A stretch of 64,000 bases of DNA, taken from an uncultured Methanosarcinales archaeon (GTDB taxonomy: Archaea; Halobacteriota; Methanosarcinia; Methanotrichales; Methanotrichaceae). The stretch covers positions 1 through 64,000 of the forward strand of contig CAWJKV010000004.1 in NCBI GenBank assembly GCA_963843555.1, given 5' to 3'. The position numbers and the translations under genes are program-made. The notes beneath the pieces are model-generated. The model was not told where the DNA came from. It was given only the letters and a program-made list of their open reading frames with translations, and ran no database searches. Shown here piece after piece: positions 42,949 to 52,981 of this stretch (position 1 is its first letter; each line of letters starts with the position of its first letter).

Positions 42949-43860
42949 TCATAAGCTAACTGTATCCATCTGCCCCTTTCCGTAGAGATCCTCAGCCACC
43001 TGATTGAGTCTGTCTCCCTTCACCTCTGCTCCGTAGTCGGGAAGGACAATGATGGACTTTTCCTGGTATCGATTCTGAAGATCCTGGATGTAGGAGGTCT
43101 GAGATGCCATCTTCCGCTGGCAGAACTGGCAGTCGCATTCCGAGATCACATGGTTGATGACAATGGTTGACACATGGACCCCGTGCGACTCCACGGTCTC
43201 AATCAGGCGCCGGCTCTCCTCCACTGCAGCCTTCTCGGGTATGGTCACCACAGTGATGCTGGCCGTCTTTGGATCAAGGAGGGCGTTACGCATGGTCTCC
43301 GCCTTTGCCCGCATGGTTCTGACCTCTTTGAGAATGGAATCGCCAAAACCAGACTCCAGGAGGTTCAAAACCCCAATCCATTTATTTCTCATTCCCAGGA
43401 CTCTTGTCACAAAACTGGTGGTTATGGAGGGCAGCTGCAGCAAAGGCAATACCATTGCAGTTGGAGCGGAGTCGATGACCACATAGTCATACTTCTTCTC
43501 AACATAGATGTCGTTGAGCTTGTCCATGAAGATGAGCTCTGAGACGCCGGGCATATTGGCGAAGTCCTCCGGCTTGACCTCTACCTCGAAGAGCCCGAAG
43601 AGGGCGGTGAAGATGCTCTTATACCTGCGATAGAAGCCCTGTGCCTCCTCAGCCAGGTCCGGCTCGTAGGCATAGAGATGATCGCGGATCTTCATGGGCT
43701 TGCTTCCCAGGTCGATGTCAAAGATATCTGAGAGCGAATGAGCCGGATCCATGGAGAAGGCAATAGTATCCAGGCCCCGGTCTGAGGTCCAGATGCCAGT
43801 TGCTGCAGCGCAGACGCTTTTTCCCACGCCACCCTTGCCTGCCACATAAATAAGTTTCAT
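42949..43860 (-). CDS. ArsA/GET3(TRC40)-family ATPase
   Basis: GKGGVGKS, SMDPAHSLSD, MPGVSE, IDSAPT, CQFC. Confidence 0.92.
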   Translation of the reverse strand: MKLIYVAGKGGVGKSVCAAATGIWTSDRGLDTIAFSMDPAHSLSDIFDIDLGSKPMKIRDHLYAYEPDLAEEAQGFYRRYKSIFTALFGLFEVEVKPEDFANMPGVSELIFMDKLNDIYVEKKYDYVVIDSAPTAMVLPLLQLPSITTSFVTRVLGMRNKWIGVLNLLESGFGDSILKEVRTMRAKAETMRNALLDPKTASITVVTIPEKAAVEESRRLIETVESHGVHVSTIVINHVISECDCQFCQRKMASQTSYIQDLQNRYQEKSIIVLPDYGAEVKGDRLNQVAEDLYGKGQMDTVSL

Positions 43861-43988
43861 GACTCTTATGAATCGTGCCGGAGATTTAATTGTTTGGGCG
43901 AAATGTTTGCGCGGCCGAATCGGCAACAAAAGGTTTTTCTACTTCCACGACATTTTAATAGATCTAATTATAAAAAGGGGGCGAAAGG

Positions 43989-44408
43989 TTGAGGAAGCAA
44001 ATTGTTCTGATCTCCGTTTTAATCCTATGGGCATCTGCCACAGCATCTGCCGCATATGGTGCGAACAACGGGGGGTCGGCAAACTTGGATATCATGGGAA
44101 GCCTGGCGAACAATACCACATTCATATCGCCGGAGGGGATGCCGGTAGTGGTGGATATTGTGGGGAGCACTACGACCAATGTCCTGATTAGCAACTCAGG
44201 GAATGAAGTCAAGAGAGTCCGACATAACGACGGCTCGATTTGCGGTCCATGCGGTGAGAAGATGGTTTATGTAACACCATGGGACGACTTCAAGAGGCCC
44301 TTATGCTACCCCTGGAGCTCATACATTCCCACCAGGTATAACCAGCCGTTCATAAACATGAATCAGAGGTCCTCTGGCAATGCACCGGTTTCTTTAGGTC
44401 AGGCCTAA
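43989..44408 (+). CDS. Small secreted hypothetical protein
   Basis: Signal peptide; LDIMGS / VDIVGS internal repeat; Cys/Pro/aromatic-rich tail. Confidence 0.65.
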   Translation: MRKQIVLISVLILWASATASAAYGANNGGSANLDIMGSLANNTTFISPEGMPVVVDIVGSTTTNVLISNSGNEVKRVRHNDGSICGPCGEKMVYVTPWDDFKRPLCYPWSSYIPTRYNQPFINMNQRSSGNAPVSLGQA

Positions 44409-44659
44409 AGCGAATGGTTAGCGGGAACTTTTTGACAAAGAGATAGAAATAATCAAAATAATGTGATAGTCGTCTGTCTTTTCTTATTTTTTCCAGTTTT
44501 TTAATTCAAAGTTTAATATTTATTTTAACTAATACTGTATTAGCTGGTTTCGAACCATCAATCCTCAAGAGATCTTTGCAATTGGGCCGAAAGACTTTTC
44601 TACTTTTAGTATATATAAATCATTGGTTAAATATTGGATTTGAAGAAGGGGGAACGAAG

Positions 44660-45058
44660 TTGAAGTTGTCTATCGTATTGGCTCTAGCACTGATGCTATT
44701 GGCATCTGGTGCCCTTGCTTTTGGCGGCCCTGGATCGGTGGTTGTGGATATTGTGGGAAGTAACACAGAAAATACAAAGATCGTGGCATCCGGACCGGAA
44801 AAAGTGGAACTGGAAATCATCGGAAGCACGGCCATCAATACAACGATCACTCCGCATGCAGAGAAAGTAAAAATCTGCCCGGATTATTGGTACTGCCCAT
44901 ATTGCCAGCCATGCTATCCCAATCCCTGTCCTAATGTAACATGCGACTACCAGCAGAAACCCTATCCCTCGAAAACCAGGCATTTCGGAGTCGACGCCTG
45001 GTATGGAGCGTTCTGGTATGCCGACCAGCCAAATATGCCCAAATGGCCCCAGACTTAG
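44660..45058 (+). CDS. Small secreted hypothetical protein, paralog of the upstream gene
   Basis: Signal peptide; VDIVGS / LEIIGS repeat; CPDYWYCPYCQPCYPNPCP; start taken at TTG 44660. Confidence 0.65.
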   Translation: MKLSIVLALALMLLASGALAFGGPGSVVVDIVGSNTENTKIVASGPEKVELEIIGSTAINTTITPHAEKVKICPDYWYCPYCQPCYPNPCPNVTCDYQQKPYPSKTRHFGVDAWYGAFWYADQPNMPKWPQT

Positions 45059-45252
45059 GGCTCGGAAAACTGGAAACCGGTGTAGCTAACTTGTTCTCCA
45101 GATGATCTGTTGGGGCGGAATGGCCCACGAAGTGGGCATGGGTTCGGTTAGCGTAAGCTTTGAGAGCTGTTTCAATTGCTCGTCAATCATTGATATTCGA
45201 TCTATTCAATCCTACATGTTAAATATCAGAAGCCAGAACCCATGATAAATCT

Positions 45253-47169
45253 ATGAGAGATTCCAGCAGAACCTTTTCTCCGGGAAAGAGCGAGCTATTC
45301 TGGTGTGAGAAATGCAATCTTCCACTTCTGTCGGTTAGATGCTCTATATGCAAATCCCATGGCTCCCGAGTTTTGCTCTCACCCCCAGGCGATGTTCGCC
45401 TCTGCTCCCGGGCAGCGAGAGAGCTTCTTCGGGAACTCTTCAACCAGAACTACGAATATGCAAATTTCCTGGATGGCAGGATAATCCTGCTCAATAAGAT
45501 CGCAGGCATCGACCGCCGGGATCAGGTGATCCTGGATGGCTGTCATATCGCGACATTATGGTTTGATGTCACCACTGCCAGCCATAAGCTGGATCTGGAG
45601 ACTGCGGGGGCCTCCCTATTATCCAGGAATGCAAAGAAGAACATGGTCCATTGTCACGATTCCATTTTAAGAGGCCACATAAAGGGCAAGTGGCTGGCCC
45701 AGGACATGATCATAAGTCAGCCTGAGGGCCTGAATGAAGGCGACAACGTCATCCTGAAGATAGGAAAATTTGCGGGTGTGGGAGTCGTCCGCAAACGCAA
45801 AGACGGCTCGAAATCAATACGCATTAAGGATGTTACGCAGAGGGATTTCGTCCTCAAGGACAGCCTGACTACTCTTGAGGATGCAATTCTTGCCAATGAG
45901 GAGTACTTGAAAAATTTGGAGAAGGCGGCAATAGGTGAGATCAAGGATTATCTCTCCAGAACCAGGCTTCCTATAAACGTCTCCTTCAGCGGCGGAAAGG
46001 ACAGCCTGGCCTCGCTCATTCTTTCCCGAAAGGTGCTGACAAAAATTGAGGTTCTCTTCATCAATACAGGTCTGGAATTTCCCGAGACAGTAGAATATGT
46101 GCATGAGTTCTGCCGCACCCATAAGCTCCGGCTGCAAGAGATAAAGGCCGAGAGCAGTTTTTTTGAGCAGTTGCATAATTTCGGCCCTCCTGCCAAAGAT
46201 TTTCGCTGGTGCTGCAAGACCAATAAGCTCGGGCCTATGACATCCTTTCTTAAGCAGCACTATCCCAAGGGCTGTGTGACCATTGAAGGGCGCCGCATCT
46301 ACGAGTCCTTCAACCGCTCCACCATTAGAGCCGTGGAGAGGAATCCCTATGTGCCGAGCCAGACCACGCTCTCACCCATTCGCAACTGGAGGGCCCTGGA
46401 GGTCATGCTTTACATTTATTGGAATAAGCTGGAGCCAAATCCGCTTTACGAGGAGGACTTCGAACGCATAGGCTGCTGGCTCTGCCCTGCCTCTTTGCAA
46501 TCTGAATTTGCTCACCTGAAAAAGTCTCATCCAGAACATCATGGCCAGTGGACTGGCCATCTGCAAACCTGGGCGAATGCTAACAATCTGGAAAAGAGAT
46601 ACATCGATTGGGGCTTCTGGCGCTGGAAGAGGCATCCTCCCAAGATGATCGAGATGGCTCTTGACCACAAAATCGACCTGCAAGCCCGAGGTCGGGAGAA
46701 GAAGGAGATTGAGCTGCAGGCAGTGAGAGGAAGGTCGCCGTGCGGCCTTGAATACTCCATTGAAGCGACACTCACAACACCCCAGAATCATCCTTTCTCG
46801 GCAGTGGCCGGAGCCTTGAAAATGCTCGGCGATGTGAAATATGATGAAGATCTCGGCGCGGCAGTTGTAAAGACGGATTATGGAAGGGCCACGGCCTTTG
46901 CCAACGGCCATATTCTGATCATTGCAGGCAAATTGGAGGCAGAGGATCTGCTGCGAAGGGTCTCCGAGACCATCCTGCGCGTGCAGATGTGCACGAGATG
47001 CGGTATCTGTATGAAGAACTGCAATCAAGGAGCGATTACCGTGAAAGATACCATCACAATAGACGAGAAGAGGTGCAATCACTGCGGAAAATGTGCCAGC
47101 GGTTGCATCGCAGCCGACCAGGCCGCGAAGATCTTTCGCAGGCTCGCCAAACAGAACGTGGCACCTTAG
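45253..47169 (+). CDS. PAPS-reductase-domain protein with N-terminal Zn ribbon and C-terminal 4Fe-4S dicluster
   Basis: WCEKCNLP, SFSGGKDS, NTGLEFPET, RWCCKTNK, RIGCWLCP, CTRCGICMKNC, CNHCGKCASGC. Confidence 0.88.
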   Translation: MRDSSRTFSPGKSELFWCEKCNLPLLSVRCSICKSHGSRVLLSPPGDVRLCSRAARELLRELFNQNYEYANFLDGRIILLNKIAGIDRRDQVILDGCHIATLWFDVTTASHKLDLETAGASLLSRNAKKNMVHCHDSILRGHIKGKWLAQDMIISQPEGLNEGDNVILKIGKFAGVGVVRKRKDGSKSIRIKDVTQRDFVLKDSLTTLEDAILANEEYLKNLEKAAIGEIKDYLSRTRLPINVSFSGGKDSLASLILSRKVLTKIEVLFINTGLEFPETVEYVHEFCRTHKLRLQEIKAESSFFEQLHNFGPPAKDFRWCCKTNKLGPMTSFLKQHYPKGCVTIEGRRIYESFNRSTIRAVERNPYVPSQTTLSPIRNWRALEVMLYIYWNKLEPNPLYEEDFERIGCWLCPASLQSEFAHLKKSHPEHHGQWTGHLQTWANANNLEKRYIDWGFWRWKRHPPKMIEMALDHKIDLQARGREKKEIELQAVRGRSPCGLEYSIEATLTTPQNHPFSAVAGALKMLGDVKYDEDLGAAVVKTDYGRATAFANGHILIIAGKLEAEDLLRRVSETILRVQMCTRCGICMKNCNQGAITVKDTITIDEKRCNHCGKCASGCIAADQAAKIFRRLAKQNVAP

Positions 47170-47290
47170 CTCACCCAATAACAGACTTCGCGAAGAAACA
47201 GTCTGGCAGGCCGTCTGAATGAGTCCTCCTTCCCCGAACCACAGTTCACCAGAGACTTTTTGATCTCTGCCTTCCTGAGTGTCTCGCGAC

Positions 47291-49429
47291 ATGTTTGATC
47301 ATAACAAAAAAATAGCTATGGAGCTGTCCATTGGTGAAAGAGAGATTGCTGCGGTCGCAGAGCTCTTGGACGGCGGAGCAACATTACCATTCATTGCACG
47401 ATACCGGAAAGAGGCCACAGGAGGTCTGGATGAGGTCGCTATTGCCGATATCCGTGACCGTCTGATTCAGCTGCGACAGCTCGATGAACGGCGAAGTGCT
47501 ATCATTCGCTCCCTGGAAAAGCGGGACCTTCTCACATCAGATCTGCAAGTTAAGTTGCAGGCGGCAGAGACCCTCGTCCAGCTGGAGGACATTTATCTAC
47601 CTTTCCGGCCCAAGAGGCGAACCCGGGCTACGATCGCGAAAGAGCGGGGCCTGGAGCCTCTGGCCCGGGTGATCTTCGCGCAGGAGACCAGGGTAGTCCT
47701 TGATCCCGAAAAGGAGGCTGCTGCTTTTGTTGATGCTGAAAAGGGAGTCGCATCAACAGAGGAGGCATTGAACGGGGCAAAGGATATCATAGCCGAATGG
47801 ATCAGTGAAGACGGCGAGGCGCGTATCAGGATGAGAGCACTCTTCCAGTCGGAAGGGGTCTTACGAACCCAGGCCACTGCCGACAGCGTCGTGGACACGG
47901 ATGCCGGAAAATTCAGGGACTATCTCGACTTGTCTGAGCCCATAGGTCGTGTCAGTTCACACAGGCTTCTGGCCATGCTGCGCGCCGCCAAGAATGGCGT
48001 GCTCGGTCTTCACGTGGCACCGGCCGAAGACGAGTCTCTGGCGGTTTTGGAGGAGCTCTTCATAAAAGGAGACGGTCCGGCCTCGCGATTGGTCTGGGAG
48101 GCCGCAGAGGACGGCTTTCGCCGGCTTTTGGCCCCATCCATCGAGAATGAGACTCTCGCCGCGGCGCGCATGAGGGCAGAGGAAACGGCAATAGAGGTCT
48201 TTGCAGACAACCTGCGCCAGCTTCTCCTGGACCCGCCATTAGGGCAAAAGTGCATCCTGGCCCTGGATCCAGGCTTTCGCACCGGCTGCAAGCTGGTTGT
48301 GCTGGACAGCCTGGGCAGAATGGTTATGAATGATGTGATCTACCCGCACGAACCCCACAAGAAGACCCGAGAAGCGGCAACAACGGTTAAGGAGGTCGTT
48401 GAACACTTCGGCATAGAGGTGATAGCTGTCGGCAACGGCACTGCGGGCAGGGAGACGGAGGCCTTCTTAAAGAATCTGGGGTTGCCCATGATTCCGATAA
48501 TCATGGTCAATGAGTCTGGGGCATCGGTCTACTCCACGTCGGAGGTGGCGCGCCAGGAGTTTCCAGATCAGGATGCAACAGTGCGCGGCGCGGTCTCCAT
48601 CGGCCGGCGGCTCATGGACCCATTAGCGGAACTGGTAAAGATCGAACCGCAGGCCATCGGCATCGGCCAGTACCAGCATGATGTGGACCGGTCCGCGCTG
48701 CAGCGGGCTCTGGACGATGTGGTCTCAAGTTGCGTAAATCTGGTGGGCGTGGACGTGAATGCCGCCAGCAAGGAGCTTCTGGCCTACGTTTCGGGCCTGG
48801 GGCCCAGGCTTGCCGAGGCTGTGGTGAAATACAGGAACGAGCACGGCCTATTTCGCTCGCGCCAGGATCTGTTAAATGTACCGCGTCTGGGGCCAAAGGC
48901 CTTTGAGCAGGCGGCCGGATTCTTGCGCATTCGCGAAGGCGACAATCCCCTGGACGGCACGGCTGTTCATCCCGAGAGCTATGCAATCGTGGAGAAGATG
49001 GCAAAGGACCTGGGAGTCACCATCCGGGAGCTGATGCAAAATGAGGGCCTCCTCAAGAAGCTGGACCCGGCAAATTACATAAGCAGTAAGACGGGTGCAT
49101 CCACTCTGGCTGACATTCTGGAAGAGCTCTCCCGGCCGGGCCGCGATCCGAGAAAGGAGTATGAGGCTTTCAGCTTCGCTGCGGGCGTTGAGAAGATCGA
49201 GCACCTCCAGGTGGGGATGAAGCTGCCGGGGATTGTGACCAATGTAACCGCTTTTGGAGCCTTCGTGGATGTGGGAGTGCATCAGGATGGGCTGGTGCAT
49301 ATCAGCCAGCTTAGAGATGGATATGTGAAGAACCCCTCTGATGTGGTGAAGGCCAGAGAGAAGGTTATTGTCAAGGTGCTGGACGTGGATCTGGAGAGGA
49401 AGAGGATATCGCTTTCGATGAAAGAATAG
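47291..49429 (+). CDS. tex: Tex-family RNA-binding transcriptional accessory protein (S1 domain)
   Basis: TLPFIARYRKE, LDPGFRTGCK, VNESGASVYS, GIGQYQHDV, FGAFVDVGVHQDGLVHIS. Confidence 0.96.
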   Translation: MFDHNKKIAMELSIGEREIAAVAELLDGGATLPFIARYRKEATGGLDEVAIADIRDRLIQLRQLDERRSAIIRSLEKRDLLTSDLQVKLQAAETLVQLEDIYLPFRPKRRTRATIAKERGLEPLARVIFAQETRVVLDPEKEAAAFVDAEKGVASTEEALNGAKDIIAEWISEDGEARIRMRALFQSEGVLRTQATADSVVDTDAGKFRDYLDLSEPIGRVSSHRLLAMLRAAKNGVLGLHVAPAEDESLAVLEELFIKGDGPASRLVWEAAEDGFRRLLAPSIENETLAAARMRAEETAIEVFADNLRQLLLDPPLGQKCILALDPGFRTGCKLVVLDSLGRMVMNDVIYPHEPHKKTREAATTVKEVVEHFGIEVIAVGNGTAGRETEAFLKNLGLPMIPIIMVNESGASVYSTSEVARQEFPDQDATVRGAVSIGRRLMDPLAELVKIEPQAIGIGQYQHDVDRSALQRALDDVVSSCVNLVGVDVNAASKELLAYVSGLGPRLAEAVVKYRNEHGLFRSRQDLLNVPRLGPKAFEQAAGFLRIREGDNPLDGTAVHPESYAIVEKMAKDLGVTIRELMQNEGLLKKLDPANYISSKTGASTLADILEELSRPGRDPRKEYEAFSFAAGVEKIEHLQVGMKLPGIVTNVTAFGAFVDVGVHQDGLVHISQLRDGYVKNPSDVVKAREKVIVKVLDVDLERKRISLSMKE

Positions 49430-49440
49430 GGGAGATTATC

Positions 49441-50289
49441 TTGACACTCACTACAAGGCTATTTGGAAAGACGGGGCCTCGCGTCACCCAGGTCGGACTG
49501 GGGGGAGAAGGAGTGCTGCGGACCTACGGCCGCGAGCAAGAGGCGAAGGCTGTAATCGAGGAAGCCGCAGTTCAGGGCATCACCTACTTCGACTCGGCAG
49601 TGGCCTACGCTGGTAGTCAGGGCTATTATGGTGAGTTTTGGTCCCAGCATAGCGAACTACGTTCTCACATCTTCCAGACCAGCAAGTCAGCAGCCAGAGA
49701 AAAAAAGGGAGCAGAAGCGGATCTGGAAAGGACTCTGCAGACCATGGGACTGGAGCGACTCGATCTGTGGCAGATCCACGATATTCGAACCCGTAAGGAT
49801 ATCGAGGAGGTCGAGGCCCCGGGCGGAGCCCTGGAGGCTTTTGTCGAGGCCAAAGATGCCGGGCGAGCTCGATTTATAGGCGTCACCGGCCACTATGCAC
49901 CAAAAATTCTGGAATATGCCGCGAAGAACTGGCCGGTGGATAGCGTTCTCATGCCTGTCAACCCGGCTGAGGCGGTGCTGGGAGGATTCCTGGATGAGGT
50001 AATGACGGCAGCCCGAGACAGGGGTCTGGCAGTGATTGGAATGAAGACGCTCGGCGCTTCTCAATACATCTCAGCAGAGAATGGAGTGACGGCGGAGCTG
50101 CTCCTCAGATTCGCCCTTTCCCGAGATATCAGCACGGCAATCGTGGGCTGCTCTCGGCCAGGAGAGGTGCAAGCTCTAGCAGGAGCAGGCCGGGAGTTTG
50201 AGCCTTTGACGTCGGAGGAGGAAAAGAGTCTTGTGCAGCTATTCCGGCCCCAAGCCAGGAGGCTGGCTTCCTACCGGGGTGTGATTTGA
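49441..50289 (+). CDS. Aldo/keto reductase
   Basis: GITYFDSAVAY, LDLWQIH, RFIGVTGH, GMKTLG. Confidence 0.9.
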   Translation: MTLTTRLFGKTGPRVTQVGLGGEGVLRTYGREQEAKAVIEEAAVQGITYFDSAVAYAGSQGYYGEFWSQHSELRSHIFQTSKSAAREKKGAEADLERTLQTMGLERLDLWQIHDIRTRKDIEEVEAPGGALEAFVEAKDAGRARFIGVTGHYAPKILEYAAKNWPVDSVLMPVNPAEAVLGGFLDEVMTAARDRGLAVIGMKTLGASQYISAENGVTAELLLRFALSRDISTAIVGCSRPGEVQALAGAGREFEPLTSEEEKSLVQLFRPQARRLASYRGVI

Positions 50290-50615
50290 GGACGGACATG
50301 GGATGTTGGGATGTGGCCAGAGTTTTTTTGGGCTTCACCATATGCCGTCCGGATGAATGAGTGTTCTATTATCTCGCTGTCCTTCTCGACTCCGCGATAT
50401 ATTGAATATGCCAGCGATTGCCAAAAGATGGATAACATCTTATTCTTTTGTTAAAGTCAAATGAAAGCAGATTTTAGATAACGGAACCATTAAATGCAAT
50501 TAAATGGGTTTCTAAACGGTTCGTTGACCTTAATTTGGCTTGCAGGAAGTCAATCAGATAGTCGTTCGGCCCTATACTTTTATATCGTTCAAAGGAAGAT
50601 GTAATAAGCAGGACA

Positions 50616-50633
50616 ATTCTCAATCTTGAGAAT
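50616..50633. promoter_or_regulatory. Palindromic operator-like site between a TATA box and the Cys/Met-repeat gene
   Basis: ATTCTCAA-TC-TTGAGAAT; TTTATAT at 50579-50585; GGAGGT RBS before ATG 50658. Confidence 0.4.
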
Positions 50634-50657
50634 CGAATCCTGAGTGGAGGTAATTAA

Positions 50658-51287
50658 ATGAATTACGTTAAATTCTTAGTGGCATTGGCGGCTTTGTGCG
50701 TTCTTGCTATCCCGGCCTTTTCGATGCCTGATAATGGAATAGGACAAGATGCCAAACAAATGTGGCATGGACAGGACGGCAAGCAGATGTCTCAGGGACA
50801 AGATATGCAAAAGACATGCGGCTCTGAGAAACCCATGATGGGTCAGGATGGCATGCAAAAGACATGCGGCTCTGATAAGCCCATGATGGGTCAGGACGGC
50901 ATGCAAAAGACATGCTGCTCTGATAAGTCCATGATGGGTCAGGACGGCATGCAAAAGACATGCTGCTCTGATAAGTCCATGATGGGTCAAGACGGCAAGC
51001 AGAAGACATGCTGCTCTGATAAGTCCATGATGGGTCAAGACGGCAAGCAGAAGACATGCGGCTGCGAGAAGTCCATGATGGGTCAGGACGGAAAGCAGAA
51101 AGAATGCGGCTGCGAGAAGTCCATGATGGGTCAGGATGGAAAGCAGAAGGAATGCGGCTCTGAGAAGTCCATGATGGGACGAGACGGCATGAAGATGGAC
51201 CACAAGAATGTCAAGTCTATGATGGGCGACAGGGAAAAGGACAGCAATAATTGCGTCAAATTAGTTGTTGTCAATATAAAAGCTTAG
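50658..51287 (+). CDS. Secreted Cys/Met-rich tandem-repeat protein
   Basis: Signal peptide, strong RBS, 8 copies of a 16-aa unit such as KTCCSDKSMMGQDGKQ. Confidence 0.85.
   Translation: MNYVKFLVALAALCVLAIPAFSMPDNGIGQDAKQMWHGQDGKQMSQGQDMQKTCGSEKPMMGQDGMQKTCGSDKPMMGQDGMQKTCCSDKSMMGQDGMQKTCCSDKSMMGQDGKQKTCCSDKSMMGQDGKQKTCGCEKSMMGQDGKQKECGCEKSMMGQDGKQKECGSEKSMMGRDGMKMDHKNVKSMMGDREKDSNNCVKLVVVNIKA
50811..51194 (+). repeat. 48-bp coding tandem repeat, 8 copies
   Basis: Unit approximately AAGACATGCKGCTCTGATAAGTCCATGATGGGTCAGGACGGCAWGCAR. Confidence 0.95.
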
Positions 51288-51431
51288 ATCGTGGGAACGA
51301 TCAGAGTGAATGCCGTTGATTACCTATTTTTTTTGGTGCCGCTCATAAATGCACATCAATATCTTAGTGCTAGAAATGGTTAACTGAAGTTTATTGGAAT
51401 ATAAGCATTATTAGATTAAGAGGGAACTAAT

Positions 51432-52127
51432 ATGAAAAATAGTTATTGTTTGGCAATATTAATGCTGTTAATGATTGGCAGCATGGTGTCGATCGCATCC
51501 GCCCAAGAGCAGGTTGCTCTCTTGGTCCATGTATACGAAGGGGATTTCAATGGGACGCCGCTTTCGGATGTCTCATTAGTCGGACAGGATGCGGCGGGCA
51601 ACATCTTTCAAGCGGTTACAGACTTAAATGGATCTGCGATCGTTGCAGGACAACCGGGAACCTGGCAGTTTACATTTGGAAAAGAAGGCTATGACATTCT
51701 TGATTTAAATTATGATGTCACGGAAACAGGTGTTGGTGCTGTATATCTCCAAAAAGCTACTCCTTCACTGGATATGGTCGCTCTGACTGTTTATATTCAT
51801 AATGGAGACCTTAACGGGACGCTGCTTTCGGACGTCCAGGTCACAGGACAGGACGCCGCAGGTAACAGTTTTCGAGGATTTACGGACTCGAATGGAGCAG
51901 TAGTAGTTGAAGGACAGCCGGGGACCTGGCAGTTCAATTTCACAAAAGAAGGTTATGACCCCCTTTCCTTGAGTTACGATGTCACTCAAACAGACGTTGC
52001 TGCCGCTTATCTTGAGGAAACTGATATGCCTCAATATGAGGACGTATACTCCCAACCGGATCAACAGCTTGATTCCGCTTCATCCTGGCCTCAATCCGGC
52101 GAAGCTGAAAGAGCCAATCAGAATTGA
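51432..52127 (+). CDS. Secreted protein with two carboxypeptidase-regulatory-like (beta-sandwich) repeats
   Basis: Signal peptide; duplicated GDxNGTxLSDVxxxGQDAAGNxFxxxTDxNG...GQPGTWQFxFxKEGYD. Confidence 0.75.
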   Translation: MKNSYCLAILMLLMIGSMVSIASAQEQVALLVHVYEGDFNGTPLSDVSLVGQDAAGNIFQAVTDLNGSAIVAGQPGTWQFTFGKEGYDILDLNYDVTETGVGAVYLQKATPSLDMVALTVYIHNGDLNGTLLSDVQVTGQDAAGNSFRGFTDSNGAVVVEGQPGTWQFNFTKEGYDPLSLSYDVTQTDVAAAYLEETDMPQYEDVYSQPDQQLDSASSWPQSGEAERANQN

Positions 52128-52158
52128 TGTTTGGTTAAGGTTCTGGAAGCATATTTGC

Positions 52159-52962
52159 CTATCTCTTTTTTCCTCTCATCCCCGCCATGGCGCTCGCCAG
52201 CATCACCGGCCCATCAAAGCCCGTCCGGGCCCGGCTGGAGTCTATGAAGATTTTGTCCATCAGCACAGGTGCTCCATAGGACTGAGCCCCGCACAAGAGT
52301 AACATCGTCCGGAAGATAAGATTCCCGGAGACGCCATCCGGAGCGATGACTATGTCGTCTCCCCGGCAGCTTTCGATCAGTATCCCTTTGTGGCGGGCCT
52401 GCAGGCCTGCCTCCTGGGCTCGCGCAGCGATCAGCTCTCCTTCGGCAAGGCTGCGGTCTACCCGCTCACACCTGCCCAGGTCCTCCATCCTGCCGCCTGA
52501 GAGCACAGCCGCCTTCGGCGCCACGCCCATGTCTTGCAAGAGCTTCGCACCCTCCAGCACTAGACCTAGACGATCCTGGACCATCTCGCCCTCGTCAATG
52601 CCTACCGGCCCCAGCAAGAAAGCCCAGCCTGATAGCTCCAGCAGGGCTAAACGCCTTACGGGAACGCCGAACTGCTCAGCCAGGGCCCGTATGGTCCTTC
52701 CGGCGGGAAGGTTCCCTCGCACCGCGCCCTCGATCTCGTCGTCGGCCAAAAGCCCCACCAACTCTTTCCAGGGCTCTTTGGTGGAGACGTAATCTAGGGA
52801 GCAGTCGCAGCAAGGCTCGCCTACCAGAAGAAGATCAGCGAACTTCGCGGCCGACTGCAAGGAAGCGATCAGATCTGCGTCTGCGTTCCAGATGCCGATG
52901 CCGATGCGCGCGTGTTTGGACCTGGCCAAGTATTGTAGAGATTTTACGAAGGTGGAGTCCAT
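52159..52962 (-). CDS. mtxX: Methanogenesis marker 4 / MtxX-like protein
   Basis: AVRGNL, PVGIDEG, VLSGGRMEDLGR, IAPDGVSGNLIFR, YGAPV...FIDSSR. Confidence 0.85.
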   Translation of the reverse strand: MDSTFVKSLQYLARSKHARIGIGIWNADADLIASLQSAAKFADLLLVGEPCCDCSLDYVSTKEPWKELVGLLADDEIEGAVRGNLPAGRTIRALAEQFGVPVRRLALLELSGWAFLLGPVGIDEGEMVQDRLGLVLEGAKLLQDMGVAPKAAVLSGGRMEDLGRCERVDRSLAEGELIAARAQEAGLQARHKGILIESCRGDDIVIAPDGVSGNLIFRTMLLLCGAQSYGAPVLMDKIFIDSSRARTGFDGPVMLASAMAGMRGKKR

Positions 52963-52981
52963 GCTACAGCTTCCTCTTTCC

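Noticed and set aside
50811..51194. 48-bp and 30-bp (54791-54910) tandem repeats as CRISPR or iteron arrays
   Set aside because: Units are contiguous multiples of 3 without unique spacers and lie in frame inside ORFs.
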